The notes beneath the pieces were generated by a model. That model was not told the DNA's origin. It worked only from the letters and a program-made list of their open reading frames with translations, and searched no databases. From the NCBI GenBank assembly GCA_010405405.1, contig MU004242.1:655751-719750 (forward strand): DNA of 64,000 bases. The letters run 5' to 3'. This DNA comes from Microthyrium microscopicum (taxonomy: Eukaryota). This document shows positions 13,194 through 26,136 of this stretch, one piece after another; the stretch's first letter is position 1; the number at the start of each line of letters is the position of its first letter. A program made the position numbers and the translations under genes.

Positions 13194-14512
13194 GGTAGAG
13201 TAAATGCGATAGATCCTTGGAGAGTATATTAGTAGTCCTCGAAGATAGAGAGGCAGTCAGGGCAGTTTGCAATTCGTTGATAAAGATGAAATACAGCGGG
13301 TCACCGCTTAGCAAACGTTTAAAGGACAAGAGTACGACGCAAATATGTGCATCATACTATATGTTAATAGAAACTCATATTTATTCTACGTCTTTTAAAT
13401 CTATTCGAGTACTTGCTGAGTCAATTTTCAACTCACATTATCAATTTCTTGCATTCTGGTTCTTCTGTTATATCTCACGAATTAGTGAACAACCCAAAAC
13501 CAATTCCCGAAAACATCAAGATACCATGATCACCCAGGGATTTATATTACATGGCAATGAGAAGCTTGATTTATTCTACGTCTTCTCTGATTAGTTCTTC
13601 GGTCGTTCAGGTAGGATACACATGGCGGTGTAGATTTTTAGTTTTTGATTCATCTGATATATGTCACATATTAACAACAAACAACCAAAACACATCATCA
13701 AGACACAATGAAGTCAGCCAGACATTTGACCACTGAAGCATATCAAATTACATTATAATCATTATCATGCGCATTTGATACTAGTCAAAGTGCCTGCTCT
13801 GCCAAAGTTGAATCCACAGTATGGACTTTATGTTGTTGTTTCACTGGATATATCTCACAAACTGACCACAGGCAAAACGCGTTCCAAGACTAGAAGATGC
13901 CAGAAGCACCTAGAGACTTACTATCCAAAGATCCGAGTTTATGTCAAGAAATATTTACACTTACATACTTGCTTTCTATCCATCAGAGTGCTTGCTCCGT
14001 ACAACTTGCAGTGGGGGGTTCATGTTGTTGTTCGCTTGATAATTCCCACCAACGAACAACAAAACCATATTTTCAAGGCATCAGGATACCACAGCCATCA
14101 CGGGTCTGACAACGGAATGATCTGAATAAAATGTCAAGCAGGCACTAGTAAATTTCACTAGAAAAGGCAACTCTAGAATGCAAGGATGATGATCATGTTG
14201 ATTTATGGAAAAGTGATCAACCCAAACATAGGGTTGCGATCTCCGACAGCACTACTGCGGAGATCACCTCAGCCAAGAGCACTATAATATTTGAAACCAT
14301 ATCTGTATCGAGGCATGAGAAAAAAACATGAAGGGACTCTGCGAACGATTGGCCAAAAACAACAACATGAGAGGTGGAGTGTGGTACGCGGTCGCGACGC
14401 GCCTGGTCGACCAAAGAAACATCACAACACACAAAGGAAAGCCGAAAACCGGGAACAAGAGAAGATCACAAGTGATTGTAGAGAAATAATGAAGTAATTA
14501 TGCTTGATTTCA

Positions 14513-16447
<1,935 letters not shown>

Positions 16448-18213
16448 TGACTGTCTCTATTCTCTGAGTCGGTCTTTGGCGTTTGGGTTTGGTTTTGAAC
16501 TGGGATGACGGATCATGGCGATAGCGGCTTCATGATGCACTTAAAGTGCTGAGGGTGTACATTAATAGCCCAATGAAATGACTCACAAACAAACATCTTT
16601 TCTCTCTTGTGACATTCTGATCTCTTGCTTCCATGATCTGGTGTTTTGATTTTTCTTCTCGCGGGCCTGACACGCGTCGTGGTGTTTTGATTTTGTGCGT
16701 CTTCATCTTCCCCTTGGTGACTCCTCCCATCACTGGGCTTGACGTCTTGTCTCGTCATTGCTCCTGATTACTTCATCCTGGCTTATAGTATTCTGATCAT
16801 GATGGCGATGCCTCCTTGACCTGTGAGCCTACCTCATGTCCACTTCATACCAACATGAATGATCGATCTTATGACCGGCTTGCAATAACCCATCACACAA
16901 TTGTAGCTTCAATATCCGCTCAGAACTATCAAGGTGTGACTGCGCGCTCGTGGTTCTCCCATGCTTTGATAGTGACTTGATCTTACTTATCTATCCTCAT
17001 CGCAATGCATGTGACCAGGGCCAGAATCACCACCAACTATATATCTTGAGATGTGACGGCAAGGACATTGATGCACTGAAGGACATCTCAGTGAATAACA
17101 GATTCACTATGGCTCAATGATTGACTAGCTATTTCGAGCACAGAGCGCATGTTTTGAAGCATCACGGCATTGAAGTTCACTGTAAGGTAAATCTCAGGGT
17201 ATCTTGAATTTGCTGTGACCGAACCATGGACTGGCTACGAAGTTTATAACCATGTACCCTTCTCTGGCATGTATTTTGTGCGACAGATTATATGATAGTG
17301 CTATCGCTGATAGAAAACCACACCATAGCGGGATATATCTCGGCTCCAGCTGATGAGCCATTATCGACTGACAACACAGAGACACAGCGTGCCTATTGCA
17401 GACAAAAGTGCAGATCAGGAGGAGGATTCATGCTCGTGCTTTTGACGAAGCGACCTACGATTGCTCTTTTGATAAAAAAGAGGACATACCATGATCTCCC
17501 GATAGCTTTTCGTGGTCATCTTCCCCCAACGCTAAAAATAAAATTACTTTTGCAAAGCAAGGGAGAACAAAATAGAACATAAAAAGGCATTGACTGAGCC
17601 ATGATCATGTCCATTATTTGCTGGCTCGAGGTACACGTATCATGAGTCCTGCGCGTTAAATCACATTGAGCATTGGCCTGACTTCAAGTGCCATTTATCT
17701 AAAACAAGAGAAAGAGATGAGTAAAAGGTACCGCTACAGTGGATGAAATGGGGTACTGTCTGTGTCGACCTGGGCTCTGTCCGAGGTACCAGTTTCCTAA
17801 CTAGATTCTGTTGTTGGTACATGTCACTACAAGCAAGACAAGTCAGTACTCAAACGTGTGATTAGCGCCAGGCTCGATCGAAAAGGGAATCTGAAGTCAC
17901 GGCGCCCGCACCATTTTACAGAGGGTGTGAACAGTGAGGCCCGCCCATGCCCCAGGTTTATGTGGCTGCACTGGCTACCGTTGAGGATTGTTCTAATCAT
18001 CAATGCTGAAAGTCACTACTCGTATCGATAGGTTGCCGACTTGTCGATAGCGAACTGGGCGGTAAGCGGTTCGTGGAGACTGGAGAGAACCGGCCGTGGC
18101 ACGGATATATGATCCTACTGGTTCTTGAGGACCTTGAGAACCGAGTGAACGGAAAGATGGGATGGGAGCGATGGGTGCTGGCGGGGGGTTGTGAGGATGG
18201 TGGCTTGGGGCGA

Positions 18214-18255
18214 ACGCGTATTAGACGCGTCTGCATTGACTTGATATCGACGCGT
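18214..18255. promoter_or_regulatory. Cluster of three MCB-like ACGCGT elements
   Basis: Perfect ACGCGT at 18214, 18225 and 18250; the target transcript is unclear. Confidence 0.4.
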
Positions 18256-19286
18256 TGTGATGCATTGCCAGCACTTTGCTATCCCTCGCCGGGTACTTGT
18301 ACTTCATATCACGATTCTCGCTACTAGCTGGTAAGCTTGATACAGGCGGAAAGATAGCAAGAAGGCTGGGACTTACAAGGCAATGGATATGCGCTGTATC
18401 TGTGGACTGGGTAGTTAGTTAGTGTATGTACGAAGTCCAAGTAGTTCACTCAACGGGCTGCGATGCGGTCTGGTGCTGCAGCATCTTGCGGCAACGGGCT
18501 CTGCGGGACGCGGTTTAGTTTGGTTCGTATTCTCATGGCATGCCTGGCTATAGAGTCTCAGACAATCGTCCAAAGAAGAGCTGTCCTCAGTGTCCTAAGT
18601 TGTCCAAAGTCGTCCAAAGTCGTCTACACGCTGGAGTTTCAGTTAGCTGCGCGATGGTGCTGACTTGACTACTCTACTCTGTAGAGCCCATTTTGTCCAT
18701 TGCCCCCCCAAAGAACAGACACAAAGACCATCAACCAGCTCCATTCCCACTTCACCACCTTTGTTTCATCTCTCTATCATACAATCATATCATACCCCCA
18801 TTATCAATCTAGGTTCTGGTACCCGAGAGAGCCTTGGAACCCATGAAGAGTGGCATGTCCTGATCTCCGACTAGTTAATATGCAACCCTGCCTGTCAAGC
18901 AAGTCAAGCTGCTAAAGCCTGTGCGCGCCTTGTCTCTCGCCCAGCCTGCCCTTCAAGCCTTGAGCCTGCCAGCCATCTTCTTTTCCCGACACTCACCACA
19001 CTCTGTGCACACTGCACTCACACACAGTGCAGCTCACAGCACTAATCCACAACCGCGACTCGCGACAACTTCTGCACCTTCGACCTTTGCCCCGAGTTTG
19101 TCTGCCATTCTCACACACACCCAGCGCACCCTGATCCCGATCCCCTCTTCCTTTCCCGAACGTGCCGACTCGCTGTCTGGTCAAGATTCAAGACCATTGA
19201 CTATTGTTTCAACTCTCCTTGCTCCTATTATCTTCTACTATTACCTACCTTAAATCCTTTTCCGCCCTTGCGCCCTTTGCGAGTCC

Positions 19287-19331
19287 ATGACACTCTTGCC
19301 TTCTCAAACCGCCATGTCAAACTTACTTTGA
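19287..19331 (+). other. Candidate uORF (MTLLPSQTAMSNLL) in the long leader of the 19624 gene
   Basis: Its two in-frame ATGs (19287, 19314) are the only ones seen in the pyrimidine-rich stretch 18900-19623. Confidence 0.35.
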
Positions 19332-19623
19332 CATCTTATTACCTCACCATCCGCCTGTGGAATCGACTCGACTCGACATTTCCAAATCACAATCGCTTGC
19401 TAGCCTCGTGCCAGCTGGGATTTGTACGATTGCTTCAGGCCACTCGTTCGCTCTTTCCTCCTCAACACTGTCTGATCGCTCCTGCTCCTACCTCCAAACA
19501 CGATTGCGCCTTCCTCGATCCACCTCGTAGCGCAACACGAACACGCACCGATAATTCTATCGCCATAATCCTTCTAATCTCATTATCACTTACCATTGAA
19601 ATCCCTCCTACGACTGCGCGATC

Positions 19624-21552
19624 ATGTTTCCTACGCGCCGACAGCCGTCGCATACACTTCCGCGAAATTTCACATTCCACTACGCCGATACTGATGGAGA
19701 CTTTCCAATCACGCCAGTGAACTTGGAGCCAACAACCCGTTCGCGCTCGAGGTCTCCACCAGAGGCTCCGCGACAAGCTGGTCCATACCGTTTACGACGG
19801 CGACGAGAAGCGCGTCCCATACCCACGTCGTACCTCAGTCTACCAAACTCACATGATGTGCCTATTCCCACAATTGAGATCTCCGACCATATCCAAGCTA
19901 GCGAAATACAGCCATTGAGTGTACAACCGATCCGACCTCGAGGCTCGCCTCCGAAAACACCCATCCCACAAGTACAAGATATCGAAGCGGATCAAGACAC
20001 AAACATGGAACAGACGGACGCTTGCAGTCAAGGCGAGAGTATCAGCAGGCCTTCTACAGCATGTTCTGGATTTTCCGACTCATCAGTCTCCTCGAGCATT
20101 GAATCGTTTCCTTCTCTCGGTGAAAGTTTCACCAGTCCGGAGTCTGAAGTCTTTCTCGACAACAACACCGGCGAAATTTCTCTTGGAAAACAAACAACAC
20201 TCCTCCCTTCGTTCAATCCATACTTTCCTCAAGCCTCAACTGGTCAGTCCAAACCACTTACAAAACCGAAAGGCCCATGGACAGAAGAGATGGACAATCA
20301 CTTGTGGATGACATACATGCGATACATCCAAGATCCAGTTCACACACCGTTTAAGATGCTGCCAGGAACTGCACCTCCATTAGGAGTTTGTTCGCGTGTA
20401 GTTCGTGAAGCAAAGCGTACGTGGAAAGGACCTCGCTCTACATCATATCGCTTAGTGCCTTGGGGTCAGCGACTACGTGGAGACTCACCTGACACAATAA
20501 AGCCAGCTCATAGTGGAAGCAGTACGCCAACAGAAGCTCCCGCCTCGAAACGACTTCCTTGGACCCGGTCCGACGGTTCAACTCGCAAGCGTTTAAGAGA
20601 ACTGTGCAAGCGAAAACCTACACTTTCTGCGCATTACAGTCGTCTCTTAGCAACTCGTAGCCCTTCGCCGTTTTTGTCATCGTCTGACAGATCTTCTTCA
20701 GCCATGAGAGACGTCAACCCTCATGCTTCATTCAATCAGAGCTCGGCATTTGCAACCCGAGATATGTCCCTGTCTCTCTTCAGCAGCACATCCACCGCAG
20801 TCAACGCTATGAACCAGATGACAGCCGAATCCGTCACTCCAAAGCCTCTGGATGCTGGTCCTTTTCAGCCACCTCCAAGCTCACGCATGGGTGCCCACCA
20901 GAAGAGTCAATCACTGCAGCTAAATCTTGGAATCGGCGAGTCCAGTGCAAGGTCAACCGGCATCTTGGCTTCGCCATTCCAGCCTCTACAGAAACCTCAA
21001 CTCTCTGATCAGCATGCAAATCTCCAGACTTCCACAAAGCAACTTGCGTCTCCACTGCAGCTGGCTGCCCCTGTTCCGCAAAGTCGCATACGACTCCAAG
21101 GTCAGCTTGGCCGTGATGCTAAAGCTCAGCTCAATGCCGAAGCTCCCGCTGAATTATTTCCTGGTTTGGGTCCTCGCTTTGGTGGCATAGCCCAACGTCG
21201 CGGACGTAGTCGAGCTGTGAGCATGGGAGATGCAAGTGCTAGTTCTCGACGACTATCCTTACTCTTCGAGCCCCCAACGAACAACAGTGTTCATCAGGTA
21301 GAACCACAAATGCCTCCGGCAACTATTGGTGTACCATCATCTTTAATGCCTCCTCCAACTTTTGGTCCAGTTCGGCGTCTGGGTTCACCATTTTCTGAAA
21401 AGCCTTCTCGGCCCCATTTTAATACTTTTCCTCGAAACTTTGGCTTGCATAGCCTGGAGCCAACTATCGAATCACATGAAGAGAGGGCAGCTCCTCCTGA
21501 ATCTTCTGATTCACAGTTTTCCGGTCCTGATTCTCACGCTCCCCTGGTTTAA
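19624..21552 (+). CDS. Ser/Pro-rich fungal hypothetical protein with a Myb-like WTEEMDNHLW segment
   Basis: 642-aa single ORF with ordered blocks WTEEMDNHLWMTYMRYIQDP...PPLGVCSRVVREAKRTW and TRKRLRELCKRK. Confidence 0.85.
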   Translation: MFPTRRQPSHTLPRNFTFHYADTDGDFPITPVNLEPTTRSRSRSPPEAPRQAGPYRLRRRREARPIPTSYLSLPNSHDVPIPTIEISDHIQASEIQPLSVQPIRPRGSPPKTPIPQVQDIEADQDTNMEQTDACSQGESISRPSTACSGFSDSSVSSSIESFPSLGESFTSPESEVFLDNNTGEISLGKQTTLLPSFNPYFPQASTGQSKPLTKPKGPWTEEMDNHLWMTYMRYIQDPVHTPFKMLPGTAPPLGVCSRVVREAKRTWKGPRSTSYRLVPWGQRLRGDSPDTIKPAHSGSSTPTEAPASKRLPWTRSDGSTRKRLRELCKRKPTLSAHYSRLLATRSPSPFLSSSDRSSSAMRDVNPHASFNQSSAFATRDMSLSLFSSTSTAVNAMNQMTAESVTPKPLDAGPFQPPPSSRMGAHQKSQSLQLNLGIGESSARSTGILASPFQPLQKPQLSDQHANLQTSTKQLASPLQLAAPVPQSRIRLQGQLGRDAKAQLNAEAPAELFPGLGPRFGGIAQRRGRSRAVSMGDASASSRRLSLLFEPPTNNSVHQVEPQMPPATIGVPSSLMPPPTFGPVRRLGSPFSEKPSRPHFNTFPRNFGLHSLEPTIESHEERAAPPESSDSQFSGPDSHAPLV

Positions 21553-22350
21553 CTCTGGATACCGCTTTCAAAACCAGCTCTTTTCAGTACTATATGAGCA
21601 AAGCTATGGGCATTTTTATCCTCATTCTTGTTACTACTAGTACGCGGTACACCTGAAAGATTCCTTGAATGGCTTCTTTTCTCGTACATCCTATGCATTG
21701 GATTGGCGCCAACAAAGCATATGGGCTCGTCTGGTGACGTCCCATCATTGAAGAAACGACTCATGATTTAACGATACCATTTTACGACTGCATTATGAAC
21801 GAGTACTCTTTCTATTTCTATTTGCTTTTTATCAGAAGGCTGGGATGTCGACAGCAAGAGGAAGATATTTGAGTAAATGTCTTATTGGCCGATCTTCCTC
21901 TGGCCTCCTTTCGCACCTGAAACTTATTTTTGACTGTTTGATTACTTGGCATATAGACAATTCGCTTGTATCATTGTGGATAGGTGGAAAGCATGATAAA
22001 AGCTTGTAATTACCTTTTGAATAGCAAAACAGTAGATTCTATTCATGAATTAGATCTCGGCTATAATTTTAGCCAGGACACAAACATTTTTCTTTGCGAA
22101 TAGATATTTGGAGATTGAACTCATTCCTGCTAACATTGCACTCAGCAGGACCAAACCGGCGCAGTGAAGAAGGAATAGAGGCTTTTACCTGATTGGCTGC
22201 CAACCATTTGAGACCAAAAGCGGCCTAGCGGGATCGCGCCGAGGTTTGTTTACTGACAACAGGAACTTGTATTTCAATAAACATTCAACTTCTTCGGACT
22301 TATACTTGCTTCAGTCAACCCTCCACCATAGTCCAAGTTCCTCCTTGACC

Positions 22351-25300
22351 ATGGCAGACTGCGATGATATTGTCGACTTTGAGGTCATAGAAACCCAGAA
22401 AGAAAACATACAGTCCATTCCCGGTGGCCGCTCCGCCAAACAACTCTCACAACTCCTCTCGCCAGTCCCATCAACAGGCACAAAACTAGACGACCAAGTC
22501 ACTCTCAGTCAATCACAAGAACTCAAACAGACAATTCGGCAAGAATTCGAAAAGGAACTCGAAAATGTCGACGACGCTGACGACCCGCTCGAAATCTACG
22601 ATCGCTACATCAAATGGAGCATGTCCGCATACCCCTCTGCGCAAGCAACCAGCGAATCTGGCCTCCTACCGCTCGTCGAACGCGCCACGAAATCATTCCT
22701 CTCCAGCAGCATGTACAAAAACGACCCGCGCTACCTGAAGATCTGGCTCCTCTACATCCGCTTGTTCAGCGACTCACCGCGCGAGACATATGCCTTCTTG
22801 GCTAAGCACAGCATCGGCGAGAGTTTGGCGCTATTCTACGAGGAATATGCTGCCTGGCTTGAGGCGCAAGGCCGATGGGCTCAGGCTGAAGAGGTATTTG
22901 CCAATGGAGTCGACAATGAGGCGCGGCCAAAAGAGCGCCTGCTCAGAAAATACGCCGAATTTCAACAGCGGAGAGAGACCAAGGCAGCTAATGACGGGCC
23001 TACAAGCCCAGCACTGCCGCGCATGCGACCGGCATTGGCAAAGAAGTCGGACCCTTTCGTAGCTGGCGAAGAGGATCCTCAGGCAGCTGATCGAGCTGCG
23101 TCACAGGTCAAGGCTGCGCGCTCCACCAAACCTGGCAAATCGAAGTTGGCTGTCTTTGCTGACGGCGAGGGCAGTCCAGAGGCCTCAGGCTCAGGAGCCT
23201 CGTGTAGTGGGCCAGGCTGGGAGAGTATTGGATCCATCGCAGATCGCAAGAAGGAGAATTCACATGAGGCCAAGCCTTGGGCTGGCGAGAAACTGGATGG
23301 TGGCAAGAAATTGGCTGGGCCAAAGATGATGGTCTTCAAAGACACGGTAAGTGATGACAATCCCATCACCGCCCCTAAATCTTACAGATACAGGACTAAT
23401 TGGAATCGTCCTTTATGTATACAGTCATTAGGCAATCTTTCAAATGAGAACATGTCCCTACAGAACGCGAAACCTGGTCTTGAACGAATTACAATTGATG
23501 CAAAGGGTAGAAAGCAATACGTGTTTGCGGATCTCGAGTCTGTGTATCCGAATGGGGCTGGTGGGGAGAAGGAAGAATTCTGCTTTGAAGAACTGCGAGC
23601 TAGACGGCGAGGATTGCTGCACAAAGACTGGGGTATTAAAACAGCAAGCAGTAGCAAGCGTTCTCAAAAGAGCGCTGATGCTAACGCGACTTGTCAACTT
23701 GACTTGCCAAAACCAGAGCCCAAGCAGCAAGAGATTGCGCCCCTGATTGATTTTTCTGACGAGAATAACGAGAACAACGAAAACAAAACTCCCGGCGATA
23801 TTCCCACTACAGTTCCTCTCAAATTAGACTCGCCAGTTCGCGTGAGCAAAAAGTCCAAGAAAGAGGACAAAGCCAACCGCACTCGAAAGATCAAAATAGA
23901 GCAAGTTGAAATCAAGGGCGAGACACAAACAGGCAAGTTTGTCAACAGGAACTATGTGCAATCGCTGACTTGTATAGTACAACTTAACCTCGATTCTCCA
24001 TCAGGTCCAACCAAAGTGCGACGCAAGAGACCTGAAGCTACGATGACGATATGCACTAAAGAAGCAATGAACGAAGTGTATGATATCTTTAACCAAACTC
24101 TCAGCGCCGCGGGGGCTATCACAACCGAACAAGAACAAGAAGATACGGATAATTTCACTGGCGACTACACTAGCGCAAGTGAGAGCACTGGCACAGGCCA
24201 TTTATCTGTTGGAGCCAGTGAGTATGGTGATGATACGATGGCGGATTTCACTACTTCATCTAGAGTCGACACGGACGCCGAGTCGGTCACAGGCCAGATG
24301 ACCGTCGACAGTGAGTTCTCCGAGTATTCGGTCGCCAGTACGTCTGCGATCGTGGAAGTCGATGAAGATGACGAGGATCTGTCAGTGGTGGAAGTACCGT
24401 CTCATGGGCTGGTGAGTGAACAAAGCACATCCCAAGCACAGGAGCAATACCCTGAGGAAGAAATGGAAACCCCTACATCGCCCACTGGAGGAAATGCAAC
24501 AGACTACTTTGACAACGGTGGGCAAGGAGACGTGATGGTCCCCATGCCATACCGCACAGGTAAAGCAGCAGGTCGATTACCTTTCATGACCCCTATTGTG
24601 GAGAAGACTGAATCGTCCCTTGGTGCTATTACCGCCGGTGGTGAAAAGACCTTTGCAAGCATGAAAACCCCTTCTCGTCAAAATCACATTGGGACTATGC
24701 CAGAGATTGAAGATGATGAGACGGGTCCGCTAAGTAGTCCCTTTCAGGAAAGCTTCGAGAACAAGGAGAATGACAATGGAAAGATTCCTCAGCCGGCTTT
24801 GACGAGACTTGTTGGACGAACAAAGCAGCCGCTTGAAGAGTCTAAAAGCCACGCGGTCGCCACACTTAAGGAAACCGAGAGAGACGCGATGAAGAAGGGC
24901 CCGATCATATTGGATGCCCAGTGCAATCCGATTGATACGAATATCCGGAATACGGTTATAAGTCAACTCCGGCCTAGCCTCAATACTTATACGGGCTTTT
25001 TTGACTCGAGAGGATCCTCTGCAGGTCAGGGACCGGAGATTCGCAAGTATACTAAGACGTCAGCAAAACGCGAGACGACTTCTTCACCACCGACACTCGA
25101 CTTTAACGGGTGCAAGCGCACATACACCATCAGACGGGAACTCGGCCGCGGTGCCTTCGCTCCCGTCTACCTAGCAGACAGTGAGCTTAGGGAAGAAGAG
25201 GATCATCATGACTTCGGGGTCCAACGCCAAGAACAGGAGGTGATCAAGATGGAAGATCCGCCAACATCGTGGGAGTTTTACATCATCCGACAAGCGAAGC

Positions 25301-26136
25301 GGCGGCTTGGGGTTGCACGCCCATCCGAATCAATCGTAGAAGTCCATGAAATGCACCTCTTCGATGACGAATGCTATCTAATCGAAGAATACCGCAACCA
25401 AGGGACCCTCCTAGATGCCATCAACATATCCCGCGCCGAATCCAACGGCGGCGCCATGGACGAGCAATTAGCCATGTTCTTCACAGTCGAACTCTTCCGC
25501 ACAGTCGAAGCTCTACACAGCAAAGGCATAATACACGGAGACATCAAGCCAGACAACATGCTTATCCGCCTTGACAACTCCTCCAGTATCGACACAGCGT
25601 GGTCGCCCCAATACAGCGGCAATGGCAACGGTGGCTGGTCAGATAAAGGACTACTCCTAATCGACTTTGGCCGAGGCATAGATATGCGCGTGTTCAAACC
25701 AGATGTGCAATTCATAGCCGACTGGAAGACGAGCGAGGCTGACTGTGCTGAGATGCGCGAGATGCGGCCTTGGACATTCCAGGTCGACTACCATGGCCTC
25801 GCAGGCGTCATCCACAGCTTGCTATTCGGAAAGTACATGGAGACCGTCGCAGAACGAGGAGCAAGTCTAGGTGCTGGAGCGACAAAGACCTATCGTATTC
25901 GAGAGGGGCTCAAACGGTACTGGCAGACTGAATTATGGGCGGAGAGCTTTGATGTGTTGCTCAATCCTTTGATGCATCTCGAGGGCGAAGAGGGACGCAA
26001 ATTGCCGATGGTGAATAGCTTGCGTGGCCCAAGGGAGAAAATGGAGACGTACCTTGAGAGCAACAGCGAAAAGGGAGTGGGTCTAAAGGGGCTTTTGCGC
26101 AGACTCGAGTCGGGTCTTCGAGAAAAGCGGAAGTAG
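22351..26136 (+). CDS. BUB1: Spindle checkpoint kinase Bub1 (SldA type)
   Basis: N-terminal KEN box (QKENIQ), Mad3/Bub1 TPR region (DDPLEIY...YKNDPRYLKIW), GLEBS-like EEFCFEELRA, kinase motifs GRGAFAPVY, HGDIKPDN, IDFGRG; introns 23347-23424 and 23933-23977. Confidence 0.95.
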   Translation: MADCDDIVDFEVIETQKENIQSIPGGRSAKQLSQLLSPVPSTGTKLDDQVTLSQSQELKQTIRQEFEKELENVDDADDPLEIYDRYIKWSMSAYPSAQATSESGLLPLVERATKSFLSSSMYKNDPRYLKIWLLYIRLFSDSPRETYAFLAKHSIGESLALFYEEYAAWLEAQGRWAQAEEVFANGVDNEARPKERLLRKYAEFQQRRETKAANDGPTSPALPRMRPALAKKSDPFVAGEEDPQAADRAASQVKAARSTKPGKSKLAVFADGEGSPEASGSGASCSGPGWESIGSIADRKKENSHEAKPWAGEKLDGGKKLAGPKMMVFKDTVSDDNPITAPKSYRYRTNWNRPLCIQSLGNLSNENMSLQNAKPGLERITIDAKGRKQYVFADLESVYPNGAGGEKEEFCFEELRARRRGLLHKDWGIKTASSSKRSQKSADANATCQLDLPKPEPKQQEIAPLIDFSDENNENNENKTPGDIPTTVPLKLDSPVRVSKKSKKEDKANRTRKIKIEQVEIKGETQTGKFVNRNYVQSLTCIVQLNLDSPSGPTKVRRKRPEATMTICTKEAMNEVYDIFNQTLSAAGAITTEQEQEDTDNFTGDYTSASESTGTGHLSVGASEYGDDTMADFTTSSRVDTDAESVTGQMTVDSEFSEYSVASTSAIVEVDEDDEDLSVVEVPSHGLVSEQSTSQAQEQYPEEEMETPTSPTGGNATDYFDNGGQGDVMVPMPYRTGKAAGRLPFMTPIVEKTESSLGAITAGGEKTFASMKTPSRQNHIGTMPEIEDDETGPLSSPFQESFENKENDNGKIPQPALTRLVGRTKQPLEESKSHAVATLKETERDAMKKGPIILDAQCNPIDTNIRNTVISQLRPSLNTYTGFFDSRGSSAGQGPEIRKYTKTSAKRETTSSPPTLDFNGCKRTYTIRRELGRGAFAPVYLADSELREEEDHHDFGVQRQEQEVIKMEDPPTSWEFYIIRQAKRRLGVARPSESIVEVHEMHLFDDECYLIEEYRNQGTLLDAINISRAESNGGAMDEQLAMFFTVELFRTVEALHSKGIIHGDIKPDNMLIRLDNSSSIDTAWSPQYSGNGNGGWSDKGLLLIDFGRGIDMRVFKPDVQFIADWKTSEADCAEMREMRPWTFQVDYHGLAGVIHSLLFGKYMETVAERGASLGAGATKTYRIREGLKRYWQTELWAESFDVLLNPLMHLEGEEGRKLPMVNSLRGPREKMETYLESNSEKGVGLKGLLRRLESGLREKRK

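Noticed and set aside
18109..18120. TAGGATCAT on the minus strand resembling U3 box A; region also checked for a telomerase RNA template
   Set aside because: The following bases do not match box A, there is no box A' exon upstream, and no TAACCCTAA-type template was seen.
22245..22253. Forkhead-like TTTGTTTAC upstream of BUB1
   Set aside because: Single short motif that may lie in the 5' UTR; insufficient support.
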